A stretch of 33,188 nt of DNA from Gammaproteobacteria bacterium (GCA_031428395.1 JANPPH010000181.1:1-33188); one strand, 5' to 3'; positions 8,938-18,019 are shown, counted from the stretch's first letter. The notes: generated by a model from the sequence alone, not told the origin. Program-made: numbers and translations.

Positions 8938-9783
8938 TTGTGCGCATGTTGTATTCCGGGGGCTAAAGTGTTGTCGCGCCAAGAAGTGAAAAAGTACGTG
9001 TTGCCTGTTGTTGCAATTATTGCGCTGGCCGTGGGTGCATCTCAGGTGGCGCAACTGACGAAGAATAAACCGATAGTCCAGCCGCAGCTTGAGACGATAA
9101 GCAATTCCCTAGGTATCGAGCTGATCCAAGTGCCAGGCGGAAGTTTTGAGATGGGGAGCGCGTCAGCAAACGATAGTGATGCGAATGAAGCGCCTGCCCA
9201 CAACGTCACTGTACAACCGTTTTACTTAAGCCGTCACGAAATCACCCAGGCACAATGGGTTAAGGTTATGGGCAAAAACCCAAGCCGCTTCCAAGATCCG
9301 CGCCGTCCAGTGGAGCAAGTAACATGGCAGGATGTCCAATCCTTTATCGAAAAGCTGAATCTGCTCGAACGAACAACTAAGTATCGACTTCCTAGCGAAG
9401 CGGAATGGGAATACGCCGCTCGCGCCGAACAGAAAACGCGTTATTTCTTCGCTGATGAGGTTAATGCGCTGCCCCAATATGCCTGGTTTGGGCAGGATGA
9501 TAACGTTGGTACGCGTCCGGTTGGCCAGAGAAAACCTAATCCATGGGGCTTTTACGATATATATGGCAACGTTTGGGAATGGGTGCAAGATTGCTGGCAC
9601 GACGACTATCGCGGGGCTCCCGCAGACGCTCGTGTTTGGGCTGGAGGGGATTGCAGTATCAGGATGCTGCGCGGCGGCGGCTGGGATAGTCCCGCAAGCT
9701 ACGCCCGATCTGCCGTCCGCGGAAGCTATGCAGCCGAGCTGAACGACGCTGCAAACGGCTTTCGTTTGGCACGTTCGCTTTGA
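8938..9783 (+). CDS. Membrane-anchored FGE-sulfatase (SUMF1/EgtB/PvdO-type) domain protein
   Basis: Motifs FEMGS, FYLSRHEITQAQW, RLPSEAEWEYAAR, NPWGFYDIYGNVWEWVQD, MLRGGGW and NGFRLARS are typical of the formylglycine-generating-enzyme fold. An N-terminal hydrophobic anchor VLPVVAIIALAVGA is present. The track start is a TTG; the GTG at 8968, preceded by ggggg, is an alternative. Confidence 0.8.
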   Translation: MCACCIPGAKVLSRQEVKKYVLPVVAIIALAVGASQVAQLTKNKPIVQPQLETISNSLGIELIQVPGGSFEMGSASANDSDANEAPAHNVTVQPFYLSRHEITQAQWVKVMGKNPSRFQDPRRPVEQVTWQDVQSFIEKLNLLERTTKYRLPSEAEWEYAARAEQKTRYFFADEVNALPQYAWFGQDDNVGTRPVGQRKPNPWGFYDIYGNVWEWVQDCWHDDYRGAPADARVWAGGDCSIRMLRGGGWDSPASYARSAVRGSYAAELNDAANGFRLARSL

Positions 9784-9784
9784 A

Positions 9785-9915
9785 CCTGACGTTTAATATG
9801 CTGAATCTGCAAGATTTTTTCGTTAATTTTTGGCTCACCGAAGGAGAGGCTACGGCTTCGTCAACATTTAACGAAAAAATCTTTAATATTCAACATTTTA
9901 AGCGATATCGTCAGG
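9785..9915. repeat. Long imperfect palindrome directly after the FGE-like gene stop
   Basis: Outer arms are cctgacg (9785-9791) and cgtcagg (9909-9915). Inner perfect 16 bp arms are aagattttttcgttaa (9811-9826) and ttaacgaaaaaatctt (9868-9883), with a smaller cgaag/cttcg stem in the loop. Confidence 0.6.
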
Positions 9916-9939
9916 ATTCCAAGGGCCTTTTTTAGGTTG

Positions 9940-10002
9940 AACCCAGATTTTCCATTAGCACTTTGCGCACCCTCGCTACGAGGCTAATGGAAAATCTGGG
10001 TT
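9940..10002. repeat. Palindromic repeat element, short copy (20 bp terminal inverted repeats AACCCAGATTTTCCATTAGC)
   Basis: Perfect 20 bp arms at 9940-9959 and 9983-10002 around a 23 bp core. Positions 9963-10002 are the exact reverse complement of 20443-20482. Confidence 0.75.
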
Positions 10003-10005
10003 GAA

Positions 10006-10014
10006 TGGTATACT
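10006..10014 (+). promoter_or_regulatory. Possible extended -10 promoter element (TGgTATACT) upstream of ccmA
   Basis: TGnTATACT lies about 29 nt upstream of the ccmA ATG. No convincing -35 is present. The element sits just after the palindromic repeat. Confidence 0.25.
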
Positions 10015-10042
10015 CGGCTATTACCCTACATAAACCAATAAT

Positions 10043-10660
10043 ATGCTCAGCGTTGCCAACCTAGAATGCGCCCGCGGTGATCGGCGCTTGTTTACCAACC
10101 TCGCGTTCTCGCTGGAGCCCCATACGCTATTGCAGGTTCACGGGCCAAATGGCAGTGGCAAAACGACATTATTGCGTACGGTGTGTGGTCTAGTTCTACC
10201 GGTTAGCGGCGAAATTACTTGGCAGGGCACTAACATCCGTAAACTCAAAGAAGACTTCCTCAAGGAAGTATTCTATTTGGGCCACCATAACGCGCTCAAG
10301 GATGAGATGAACGCGCTGGAAAACCTCCAGGTTTCGACCAAATTGTTGGGTGACCCCGCTAGCGAAGATAGTATAATCAAAGCCTTGCGTCGGATGGGGT
10401 TGAAAGGTCGTGAAGATTTGCCAACTAAATTGTTGTCGCAAGGCCAAAAGCGCCGCGTAGCCCTCGCCCGGTTACTGCTGACAAAAGCTAGCTTATGGAT
10501 TTTGGATGAGCCTTTCACCGCCTTGGATGTGGCGGCAGTTAAACTTCTCGCTGGCGTTATCGCTGAGCGCATAGATAAAGGCGGCATGGTTATTTTGACG
10601 ACCCACCAAGAAGCGGAAATTGCGACGAGCAACATCCGCCATATCCACCTTAGACCCTAG
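10043..10660 (+). CDS. ccmA: Heme exporter ATP-binding protein CcmA
   Basis: Walker A is GPNGSGKTTLLR, the ABC signature is LSQGQKRR and Walker B is LWILDEP. It is the first gene of a ccm operon. Confidence 0.9.
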   Translation: MLSVANLECARGDRRLFTNLAFSLEPHTLLQVHGPNGSGKTTLLRTVCGLVLPVSGEITWQGTNIRKLKEDFLKEVFYLGHHNALKDEMNALENLQVSTKLLGDPASEDSIIKALRRMGLKGREDLPTKLLSQGQKRRVALARLLLTKASLWILDEPFTALDVAAVKLLAGVIAERIDKGGMVILTTHQEAEIATSNIRHIHLRP

Positions 10661-10672
10661 TCCAGGCCCCAA

Positions 10673-11341
10673 ATGTTCAGCGCATGGCGATGTGTAATAG
10701 TGCGGGATTTGACGTTGGCCCTCCGCCGTCGCTCGGATGTTTTGACTACGCTGTTTTTTTTCATTATTGTGGTGAGTCTTTTCCCGTTGGGAGTGGGGCC
10801 CGAGCCAGGAATTTTGCGCACCATCGCCCCGGGAATTGTTTGGGTTGCGGCTTTGCTCGCGTCGATGCTGTCTTTGGGGCGTTTGTTTGCCCACGATTAC
10901 GCCGATGGAACCCTGGAGCAGATGCTTCTGGTTCCGCAGCCGCTGTCGATATTAGTGTTGGGAAAAATTATTGCCCATTGGCTAGTGTCGGGGTTGCCAT
11001 TAGTTCTGGTAGCGCCAGTATTGGGTTTGCAGTTTGATCTAGCGCCGCAGGCGTTGGGCGTACTTATGATTTCGTTATTACTCGGAACGCCGATCCTAAG
11101 CTTGCTAGGCGCTATTGGGGCAGCCCTGACGTTGGGGTTGCGTGGCGGCGGAGTGCTGGTGTCGTTGTTGGTCTTACCGCTGTATATACCGGTATTGATT
11201 TTTGGCGCCGGAGCAGTGGATGCTAGCGTGTCCGGTTTGGGCGCCCAAGCGCACCTGTCGTTATTAGGCGCGTTTTTAGTTTGCGCGTTTGTACTGGCGC
11301 CCCCTGCAGCCGCCGCAGCATTGAGAATTTCAGCCGAATAA
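10673..11341 (+). CDS. ccmB: Heme exporter membrane protein CcmB
   Basis: 222 aa polytopic membrane protein between ccmA and ccmC. The N-terminus VIVRDLTLALRRRSDVL is typical of CcmB. Confidence 0.9.
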   Translation: MFSAWRCVIVRDLTLALRRRSDVLTTLFFFIIVVSLFPLGVGPEPGILRTIAPGIVWVAALLASMLSLGRLFAHDYADGTLEQMLLVPQPLSILVLGKIIAHWLVSGLPLVLVAPVLGLQFDLAPQALGVLMISLLLGTPILSLLGAIGAALTLGLRGGGVLVSLLVLPLYIPVLIFGAGAVDASVSGLGAQAHLSLLGAFLVCAFVLAPPAAAAALRISAE

Positions 11342-11378
11342 GACTTCGACGGCCCCTTTAAGATTGAGAGATTTTAGT

Positions 11379-12143
11379 ATGGCAGTGAATTGGTTTAAAT
11401 ACGCGTCCCCCGTCACTTTTTACCCTTTGGCGGGTAAAGTAGCGCCTTGGTTTGGTGCTATCGCTATTGTTTTGGCTGCGATAGGGTTGTATATCGGCTT
11501 TTTGGTCGCTCCAACGGATTATCAGCAAGGCGATGCCTACCGTATTATGTTCATCCATGTCCCCGCCGCTTGGATGTCGATGTTCATTTATGTCGTTATG
11601 GCGGGCTGGGCAGCGGCCGGAATGATCTGGAATATCCGCTTGTCTTCCATGATGGCCGTCGCCTTAGCGCCCACCGGCGCTATGTTTACATTCATTGCTT
11701 TGTGGACAGGTGCCTTGTGGGGCAAACCGATGTGGGGCGCGTGGTGGGTATGGGACGCACGCCTTACCTCTGAACTTATTTTGTTGTTTTTGTACATAGG
11801 ATTCATTGCCTTGGGCGCCGCAATTGATGATCCGCGCCGCGCCGCGCGTGCCACGGGTTTGTTGGCGCTGGTTGGTATTGTAAATGTGCCAATCATTTAT
11901 TTTTCCGTTTTTTGGTGGAACACTTTGCATCAAGGCTCGTCTATCAGCCTCAGCAAGGGTTTTTCCATGACCGGCAGCATGGTATCGGCGTTATTATTCA
12001 TGGTGTGTTCATTTTGGGCCTATACAATAGCTGTTGCGCTCATGCGAGTGCGTTGCGAGATTTTAGAGCGCGAGCAGTCAAGTGAGTGGATAACTGAAGT
12101 GGTGTCTGAGGCGAAAACTGGGCGAAGGGGTTCCAACACATGA
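11379..12143 (+). CDS. ccmC: Heme exporter / heme lyase component CcmC
   Basis: Contains the WWD tryptophan-rich motif WGAWWVWDARLTSE. The ATG at 11379 has a gagag Shine-Dalgarno 8 nt upstream and is preferred over the track start at 11364. Confidence 0.9.
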   Translation: MAVNWFKYASPVTFYPLAGKVAPWFGAIAIVLAAIGLYIGFLVAPTDYQQGDAYRIMFIHVPAAWMSMFIYVVMAGWAAAGMIWNIRLSSMMAVALAPTGAMFTFIALWTGALWGKPMWGAWWVWDARLTSELILLFLYIGFIALGAAIDDPRRAARATGLLALVGIVNVPIIYFSVFWWNTLHQGSSISLSKGFSMTGSMVSALLFMVCSFWAYTIAVALMRVRCEILEREQSSEWITEVVSEAKTGRRGSNT

Positions 12144-12289
12144 GTGGACATTGGGCCTTTATTTGGGGAGCCTATGGCGTCACAGCAGTTTGCATGACCC
12201 TAGAAGTCATTTTATTGTTGCAACGGCGTAGAACCATGTTGCGGCGTTTAGGTCGTATAAGTCGGGCGTCATCTGGAGATGAGGAATGA
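12140..12289 (+). CDS. ccmD: Heme exporter protein CcmD (49 aa, absent from the ORF track)
   Basis: My hand translation is [49 protein letters not shown]: a single TM followed by a basic tail. The ATG overlaps the ccmC stop (ATGA) and the stop overlaps the ccmE ATG, which is the canonical position. Confidence 0.8.
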   Translation: MSGHWAFIWGAYGVTAVCMTLEVILLLQRRRTMLRRLGRISRASSGDEE

Positions 12290-12747
12290 AACCGAGACAT
12301 AAGAGAATGGCCTTTGTTGTGGGCGGGTTGGCCGGTTTGGGCGTTGCGGCGACACTGGTGCTAAGCGCTTTTCAAAGCAATATGGTGTTTTTTTTCAGCC
12401 CATCGCAAGTGACCGCGAATGAAGCGCCCAAAGATCGCAGTTTCCGACTGGGCGGTCTGGTTGAGAAAGGCAGTCTAACGCGCGAGGACGATGGCCTAAC
12501 CGTACGTTTTGTTGTGACAGATAACCTTGAAACAATTAAGGTTACCTACACGGGAATTCTTCCTGACCTATTTCGCGAAGGGCAAGGTGTTGTTACTCAG
12601 GGCCGTTTTGGCTCGGGTGGTGAATTTGTCGCTGACGAAGTGCTGGCCAAGCATGATGAAAATTATATGCCGCCGGAAGTGGCCGATGCCTTGGAAAAGA
12701 GCAAAAAAATAGCCAGCCAGACTGGCAAAACCGTGATAGCTAACTAA
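12286..12747 (+). CDS. ccmE: Heme chaperone CcmE
   Basis: 153 aa with an N-terminal anchor and the [12 protein letters not shown] motif containing the heme-binding His. Confidence 0.9.
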   Translation: MKPRHKRMAFVVGGLAGLGVAATLVLSAFQSNMVFFFSPSQVTANEAPKDRSFRLGGLVEKGSLTREDDGLTVRFVVTDNLETIKVTYTGILPDLFREGQGVVTQGRFGSGGEFVADEVLAKHDENYMPPEVADALEKSKKIASQTGKTVIAN

Positions 12748-12761
12748 GAGGGATGCAGAGT

Positions 12762-14783
12762 ATGGTTCCAGAAATAGGACAATTCGCCTTAATCCTGGCC
12801 TTTTGCCTTGCAATCTTGCAGGCCACCATGCCCATTATTGGCGCCCATAGAGGCAACAAGGCGTGGATGGCGTTGGCGCGGCCAGCTGCGCAGGGTCAAT
12901 GCTTATTTGTTGCCATTGCTTTTTTTGCCTTGGTGTCCTGCTTCATCAATAACGATTTTTCAGTCCTCTACGCCGCCTCACATTCCAACACTCAGCTACC
13001 TTTGATCTACCGCATTGCGGGTGTTTGGGGCGGTCATGAAGGTTCTTTGTTGCTGTGGGTGTTTTTCTTATGTCTTTGGACGTTGGCCGTTACCTTGTTT
13101 AGCCGCCATTTAGATGAAGCTATGATTGCCCGCGTAGTGGGTGTGATGGGTATTATCAGTCTGGGGTTTTTAGCCTTCATGTTGTTTACCTCCAATCCCT
13201 TTGAGCGCCTGTTGCCTGCAGCGCTAGACGGGAAAGATTTGAACCCGTTGTTGCAAGATCTTGGTCTGGTCATTCATCCACCCATGCTTTATATGGGTTA
13301 TGTAGGCTTCTCGGTGGCCTTTTCTTTTGCCATCGCTGCGCTGCTAAGCGGCAAGCTGGACGCCGCTTGGGCGCGTTGGTCGCGTCCTTGGACTACGGCC
13401 GCCTGGGTGTTTCTGACTTTCGGCATCGCACTGGGTAGCTGGTGGGCTTATTACGAGCTAGGCTGGGGCGGCTGGTGGTTCTGGGATCCGGTTGAGAATG
13501 CTTCATTTATGCCTTGGCTCGTCGGTACGGCCTTGATTCATTCGCTGGCGATGACTGAAAAGCGTGGCAGCTTTAGAAGCTGGACGGTGTTGTTGGCGAT
13601 TGCTACCTTTTCATTGAGCTTGCTGGGTGCTTTTCTTGTTCGCTCTGGGGTGTTGACGTCTGTTCATTCGTTTGCCACTGACCCTGAGCGCGGGGTATTT
13701 ATTCTGGCGTTCTTAACGCTAGTGGTGGGAGGCTCTTTGGTGCTGTTTGCCTGGCGCGCGCCGAAAATCGGTTTAGGCGGCGATTTTGCCGTCGTGTCGC
13801 GTGAATCCATGCTGTTGTCAAACAATGTATTGCTGGTTGTTGCGGCAGGGACTGTATTGCTCGGCACACTGTACCCCCTATTCCTGGATGCCTTGGATCT
13901 AGGCAAATTATCCGTTGGCCCTCCCTATTTTGAAAGCGTGTTTGTGCCGATCATGGCTGCTGTAGTCTTTATGATGGGTTTGGGGCCGATTTCGCGCTGG
14001 AAGAAGCAGGCATTGCCCGAGTTGGCGGTGCGTTTGCGTTGGGCAGCGCTCATTAGCGTTGTTACCTCTATTGTTGTGCCGCTCCTCATGGGTCATTGGT
14101 CAATATCCGTGAGCTTTGGCATTTTGCTGGCTGCATGGGTGATTACCACCGGTTTAAATAACTTAAGTGTCCGCATTAAGAGCATGACTACTGGTGGCAC
14201 CCTCCTAGGCAAGTTCGGCAGTTTGTCGCGCAGCTATTACGGCATGCTAGTTGCGCACTCAGGTATAGCCATTTTCATCATCGGCGTAACCCTGGTAAAG
14301 GGCTACGAAGTAGAAAAGGACGTGCGCATGGATGTGGGCGATACTGTCAGCATGTCTGGCTACACTTTCCGTTTTGATGGAGTGATTGAGGTCCCTGGGC
14401 CTAACTACAAGGCTAGCCGTGGCCTCATTACCGTTATCAAAGACGGTAAGGAAATTGTTGTCATGCATCCCGAAAAACGCATTTATAACGTGCAACAGCA
14501 ACCGATGACGGAAGCGGCAATTGATGCGACGTTTACCCGTCATCTTTATCTCGCATTGGGTGAGCCGGTCAGCAACGGCGCGTGGAGTGTGCGCGTGTAC
14601 TACAAGCCGTTTATTGGCTGGATCTGGGGTGGTTGCGTTTTGATGGGCTTGGGCGGAATCTTGGCGATTAGCGATCGACGTTATCGTTTAGCGAAACAAC
14701 AAAAACGCGTGACAGTATTAGAGGGCGTGACGCCGGCGAATACGGGTACAGGCGGTGCATTGGCGATGGAAGCAAAAGACTAA
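12762..14783 (+). CDS. ccmF: Cytochrome c heme lyase subunit CcmF
   Basis: Large polytopic protein with the WWD motif WGGWWFWDPVENASFMPWL. The ATG at 12762 (MVPEIG) has a gaggg 9 nt upstream and is preferred to the track start at 12753. Confidence 0.9.
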   Translation: MVPEIGQFALILAFCLAILQATMPIIGAHRGNKAWMALARPAAQGQCLFVAIAFFALVSCFINNDFSVLYAASHSNTQLPLIYRIAGVWGGHEGSLLLWVFFLCLWTLAVTLFSRHLDEAMIARVVGVMGIISLGFLAFMLFTSNPFERLLPAALDGKDLNPLLQDLGLVIHPPMLYMGYVGFSVAFSFAIAALLSGKLDAAWARWSRPWTTAAWVFLTFGIALGSWWAYYELGWGGWWFWDPVENASFMPWLVGTALIHSLAMTEKRGSFRSWTVLLAIATFSLSLLGAFLVRSGVLTSVHSFATDPERGVFILAFLTLVVGGSLVLFAWRAPKIGLGGDFAVVSRESMLLSNNVLLVVAAGTVLLGTLYPLFLDALDLGKLSVGPPYFESVFVPIMAAVVFMMGLGPISRWKKQALPELAVRLRWAALISVVTSIVVPLLMGHWSISVSFGILLAAWVITTGLNNLSVRIKSMTTGGTLLGKFGSLSRSYYGMLVAHSGIAIFIIGVTLVKGYEVEKDVRMDVGDTVSMSGYTFRFDGVIEVPGPNYKASRGLITVIKDGKEIVVMHPEKRIYNVQQQPMTEAAIDATFTRHLYLALGEPVSNGAWSVRVYYKPFIGWIWGGCVLMGLGGILAISDRRYRLAKQQKRVTVLEGVTPANTGTGGALAMEAKD

Positions 14784-15313
14784 TGAAACGCTTGCGCTAT
14801 GTGGTGCCTTTGGTTCTCTTTCTTGCCTTGACGGGGTTTCTCTACGCGGGTTTGCACTTGAAGCCCAGCGAAGTGCCTTCGCCGTTGATTGACAAGCCTG
14901 CTCCTGCCTTTCAGTTAAGCACTTTGCATGAGCCGGAAATTCAATTCACTCCGCAAGAAATGCGCGGCAAAGTGTGGCTATTCAATGTCTGGGCGTCATG
15001 GTGTGTGTCGTGCCGGCAAGAACATCCAGTTTTGATGGAGCTTGCGCGCACAGGGATAGTGCCTATTTATGGTCTCGATTACAAAGATCAACGCAACGAT
15101 GGCATACAATGGTTGGCACAACACGGCAACCCTTACGTCCTTAGCGCCTACGATATTGATGGCCGCGTGGGGATTAATTACGGGGTTTATGGTGTGCCAG
15201 AAACCTATCTCATCGACCAGCAAGGCATCATTCGCTACAAACATATTGGCCCAATCTCACGCCAAGCGTTACGTGAAAAGATATTGCCGATGGTGAAGGA
15301 GTTGCGCGGATGA
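14783..15313 (+). CDS. ccmG: Thiol:disulfide interchange protein CcmG/DsbE
   Basis: Contains the WASWCVSCRQEHP thioredoxin CxxC motif plus GVYGVPETYLID. There is a TAATG overlap with ccmF. Confidence 0.9.
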   Translation: MKRLRYVVPLVLFLALTGFLYAGLHLKPSEVPSPLIDKPAPAFQLSTLHEPEIQFTPQEMRGKVWLFNVWASWCVSCRQEHPVLMELARTGIVPIYGLDYKDQRNDGIQWLAQHGNPYVLSAYDIDGRVGINYGVYGVPETYLIDQQGIIRYKHIGPISRQALREKILPMVKELRG

Positions 15314-15780
15314 AAGTGCTAGCACTAATTTTGTCGTTGATGTTTGTGCCAGCTTGGGTACTGGCAAAAGAAGCGGCAACCTCAGCGGAAGATCCCGTTT
15401 TGGAAGCGCAAATGATGAGCATTGCCAATGAGTTGCGTTGTTTAGTCTGCCAAAACCAGACTATCGCTGATTCCGATTCGGATTTAGCCAAGGATCTACG
15501 CCGCGAAGTCCGCAGCATGCTAAAAAGCGGGATGAAAGAAGAAGAAATTCTCGACTTTATGGTCGAACGTTACGGAGATTTTGTGCGCTACCGCCCACCA
15601 GTCCAACCTACCACGGTATTGCTGTGGTTTGGTCCCGGCGTTCTCTTTGCTTTGGGCCTTGGGGTGCTGTTTTTTAATGTAGTGCGGCGTAGGAAACAGA
15701 TTGTAGATATACCGCTGTCAGATTCTGAGCGGAGTCGTGTAGAGAAATTACTAAAAGGCGCAGGGGAACCGAAAGCATGA
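15310..15780 (+). CDS. ccmH: Cytochrome c maturation protein CcmH
   Basis: Signal peptide, the LRCLVCQNQTIADS (LRCxxCQ) motif and a C-terminal TM. There is an ATGA overlap with ccmG. Confidence 0.9.
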   Translation: MKVLALILSLMFVPAWVLAKEAATSAEDPVLEAQMMSIANELRCLVCQNQTIADSDSDLAKDLRREVRSMLKSGMKEEEILDFMVERYGDFVRYRPPVQPTTVLLWFGPGVLFALGLGVLFFNVVRRRKQIVDIPLSDSERSRVEKLLKGAGEPKA

Positions 15781-17051
15781 TGGTTTTTTGGATTGTTGCG
15801 GCGTGTTTTGTTATTGCCGCGTTATTGTTTGTGTTGCCGCCATTGTTAAAGCCCGTTAACGTTAGCGTCCGCCAGTCCCGTGGCGAGCTAAACGTCTCCG
15901 TCTACCGATCTCAAATTGTTGAGATGGAGCAAGACCTGCGTAACGACACTATTTCCACTGAACAGTACGAGGTGGGACGCAAGGAACTAGAGCGCCGATT
16001 ATTGGAAGATGTCGCGGTTAATGAAGCTGCCGCTACCCCTACCCCTGTTAAGGTCGCAAGCCGTAATACAGGGATTGTTGTTGGGGTCGCTGTCCCATTG
16101 TTCGCCGTGTTTATCTATACCCAGCTAGGCAAGCCCGAGGCCCTCAATCCGGTTGCTCAAGTGGCGCAAAGCGCCGCTGGTCAGGGCGAAAAACAAGGTG
16201 ATGTTGGGGCGCAGATTGAAGCGATGGTCGCAGGACTTGAGCAACGTCTTGAGTCGAATCCCGATGACACGGAAGGCTGGTTAATGCTGGCGCGGTCGTA
16301 TCGTTTTTTAAAACGTCACACTGAAGCGGCACAAGCCTTTGAACGTGCCTTGCCGATGGTAGAGCAAAGCGCGCAAATGCTGGCTGACTATGCCGATACG
16401 CTCGCTATGGCAAACGGTGGCGCGTTAGACGGCAAGCCCATGCAGTTAATCCAAAAGGCATTGGTGCTTGAGCCGATGAATCAGCAATCCCTATGGCTCG
16501 CGGGTACAGCCGCGCTTGAGGGCAAGAACTACACAGAGGCTTTAGGGTATTGGCGACGTCTACAGGCGCAGATACCGCCTGGTTCCAAAGACGCAGACGT
16601 GATGGCTGCCAATATTGCCGAAGCGGAAGTACTCGCTGGCGGCAAGGTAACTTCAGTGAGTCCGCCGCCACAAGCTCAATCGCAATCTGCTGCAACATCC
16701 AATGTTGGGGCCGTAGTCGCTGGTACAGCAAGTATTGCTCCCAACCTAGTTAGCAAAGTTTCCCCCGGCGATACCTTGTTTATCTTCGCCCGCGCGGCGC
16801 AAGGCCCCAAAATCCCGTTGGCCATATTAAAATTACAGGCCAAGGATTTGCCCGTATCGTTTTCTTTGAACGATACGATGGCGATGATGCCTGATATGGC
16901 TTTGTCGAATTTTCCTGAAGTCGTGGTAGGCGCGAGAATTTCGAAATCCGGCAACGCCATGCCGCAAAGCGGGGATCTTGAAGGCCTTACGCCCATCGTA
17001 AAAGTGGGCAGCGACGGGTTGCACATTACCATTGATCGCACTGTCCCGTAG
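15777..17051 (+). CDS. ccmI: Cytochrome c maturation protein CcmI/CycH (TPR)
   Basis: N-terminal TM followed by a second TM and then a TPR-like region (EGWLMLARSYRFLKRHTEAAQAFERAL). There is an ATGA overlap with ccmH. Confidence 0.8.
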   Translation: MMVFWIVAACFVIAALLFVLPPLLKPVNVSVRQSRGELNVSVYRSQIVEMEQDLRNDTISTEQYEVGRKELERRLLEDVAVNEAAATPTPVKVASRNTGIVVGVAVPLFAVFIYTQLGKPEALNPVAQVAQSAAGQGEKQGDVGAQIEAMVAGLEQRLESNPDDTEGWLMLARSYRFLKRHTEAAQAFERALPMVEQSAQMLADYADTLAMANGGALDGKPMQLIQKALVLEPMNQQSLWLAGTAALEGKNYTEALGYWRRLQAQIPPGSKDADVMAANIAEAEVLAGGKVTSVSPPPQAQSQSAATSNVGAVVAGTASIAPNLVSKVSPGDTLFIFARAAQGPKIPLAILKLQAKDLPVSFSLNDTMAMMPDMALSNFPEVVVGARISKSGNAMPQSGDLEGLTPIVKVGSDGLHITIDRTVP

Positions 17052-17586
17052 TCAGCGCAAAAGCTTTAGCCGCTACGTCATCATCGCCGCGATTAGTCTA
17101 GGATTGGTGGCGTGTAATAAGCCGACTGTTAAATCGGGCTTGGTGGGGCAGCAATTTCCTTCGGTGGATTTGGTCGATTTAGGAAGCCAGACGCACCCCT
17201 TTAGTCAGTATCGCGGCAAGCTGGTTGTGTTAAATGTATGGGCAACGTGGTGCAGCCCGTGTCGGCGAGAGCTGCCTAGCTTGCAACGACTCAGTGATGC
17301 ACTCGATCCTGGACAATTCGTCGTGATCGGACTTTCGGTGGACGACGATGACCACGTCGTGCGCGAATATCTGAAGGACAAGAATATCCACTTCGCTGCG
17401 TTCATTGACAAGGAAATGAAAATCGCCGGCGACGTATTAAAGGTCGATTCATTCCCCATGACGTTTGTGATCGACCCGAAAGGTAAGCTTGTTAAAGTTA
17501 TCGTCGGCGAACGAGATTGGAGTGCGAAGGCCGTAATTGATGCACTTCATGCGCTTTACCAGGGGCTTCCGGACGAATTATTTTAG
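17032..17586 (+). CDS. TlpA/ResA-like thioredoxin-fold lipoprotein (thiol:disulfide oxidoreductase)
   Basis: Lipobox LGLVAC and the CxxC motif WATWCSPCRRELP. TTG at 17032 is the only conventional start upstream of the lipobox, and it overlaps the ccmI 3' end by 20 nt. Confidence 0.75.
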   Translation: MIALSRSQRKSFSRYVIIAAISLGLVACNKPTVKSGLVGQQFPSVDLVDLGSQTHPFSQYRGKLVVLNVWATWCSPCRRELPSLQRLSDALDPGQFVVIGLSVDDDDHVVREYLKDKNIHFAAFIDKEMKIAGDVLKVDSFPMTFVIDPKGKLVKVIVGERDWSAKAVIDALHALYQGLPDELF

Positions 17587-17701
17587 CTACGCAGTGACAT
17601 AGAAGTCGGCGAGGCTTATTGTTTTCACTCGAAGACGGGCTGCGGTCACCGCAAATCTACGGCGATGGTTGCCCGATAAGCTTATTTCTCTAGGTGTATT
17701 T

Positions 17702-18019
17702 ATGCAGATAAAGAACGCACGTTTTCCACCGCTGGCTGTACTGTTGGGCGGGCTTGTTTTAAACGTCACCGCCATGGCGGCGGATCCGATTAGTGGTGGA
17801 CAGACCTACCAATCGCAGTGCGCAAATTGCCACGGGCCCAATGGTTCAAGCCCAATCCCCGGCGTGCCTGATTTTTCACGCAACGAAGGTTTGTTCCAAC
17901 CCGATAGTGTTTTAGCAAATTCGATCAGACGAGGCAAAGGCGTAATGCCGGCCTTCCAGGGCATCCTGAAAGAAAGTGAAATATTTGATGTCGTTGCCTA
18001 TCTAAGAACGTTGCGGTAA
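17702..18019 (+). CDS. Monoheme class I c-type cytochrome
   Basis: The ATG at 17702 gives MQIKNARFPPLAVLLGGLVLNVTAMA, a signal peptide. It has a single CANCH heme motif and a GVMPAF candidate Met ligand. The track ORF starts further upstream at 17669. Confidence 0.85.
   Translation: MQIKNARFPPLAVLLGGLVLNVTAMAADPISGGQTYQSQCANCHGPNGSSPIPGVPDFSRNEGLFQPDSVLANSIRRGKGVMPAFQGILKESEIFDVVAYLRTLR

Noticed and set aside
2275-9783. MoxR-VWA operon plus FGE-domain gene as an anti-phage or conflict system
   Set aside because: The gene set is the widespread Bat-type envelope operon (DUF58, DUF4381, two membrane VWA proteins, BatD). I see no effector (nuclease, protease, TIR, pore-former), no VMAP-like protein, and no mobile-element or defence-island context.
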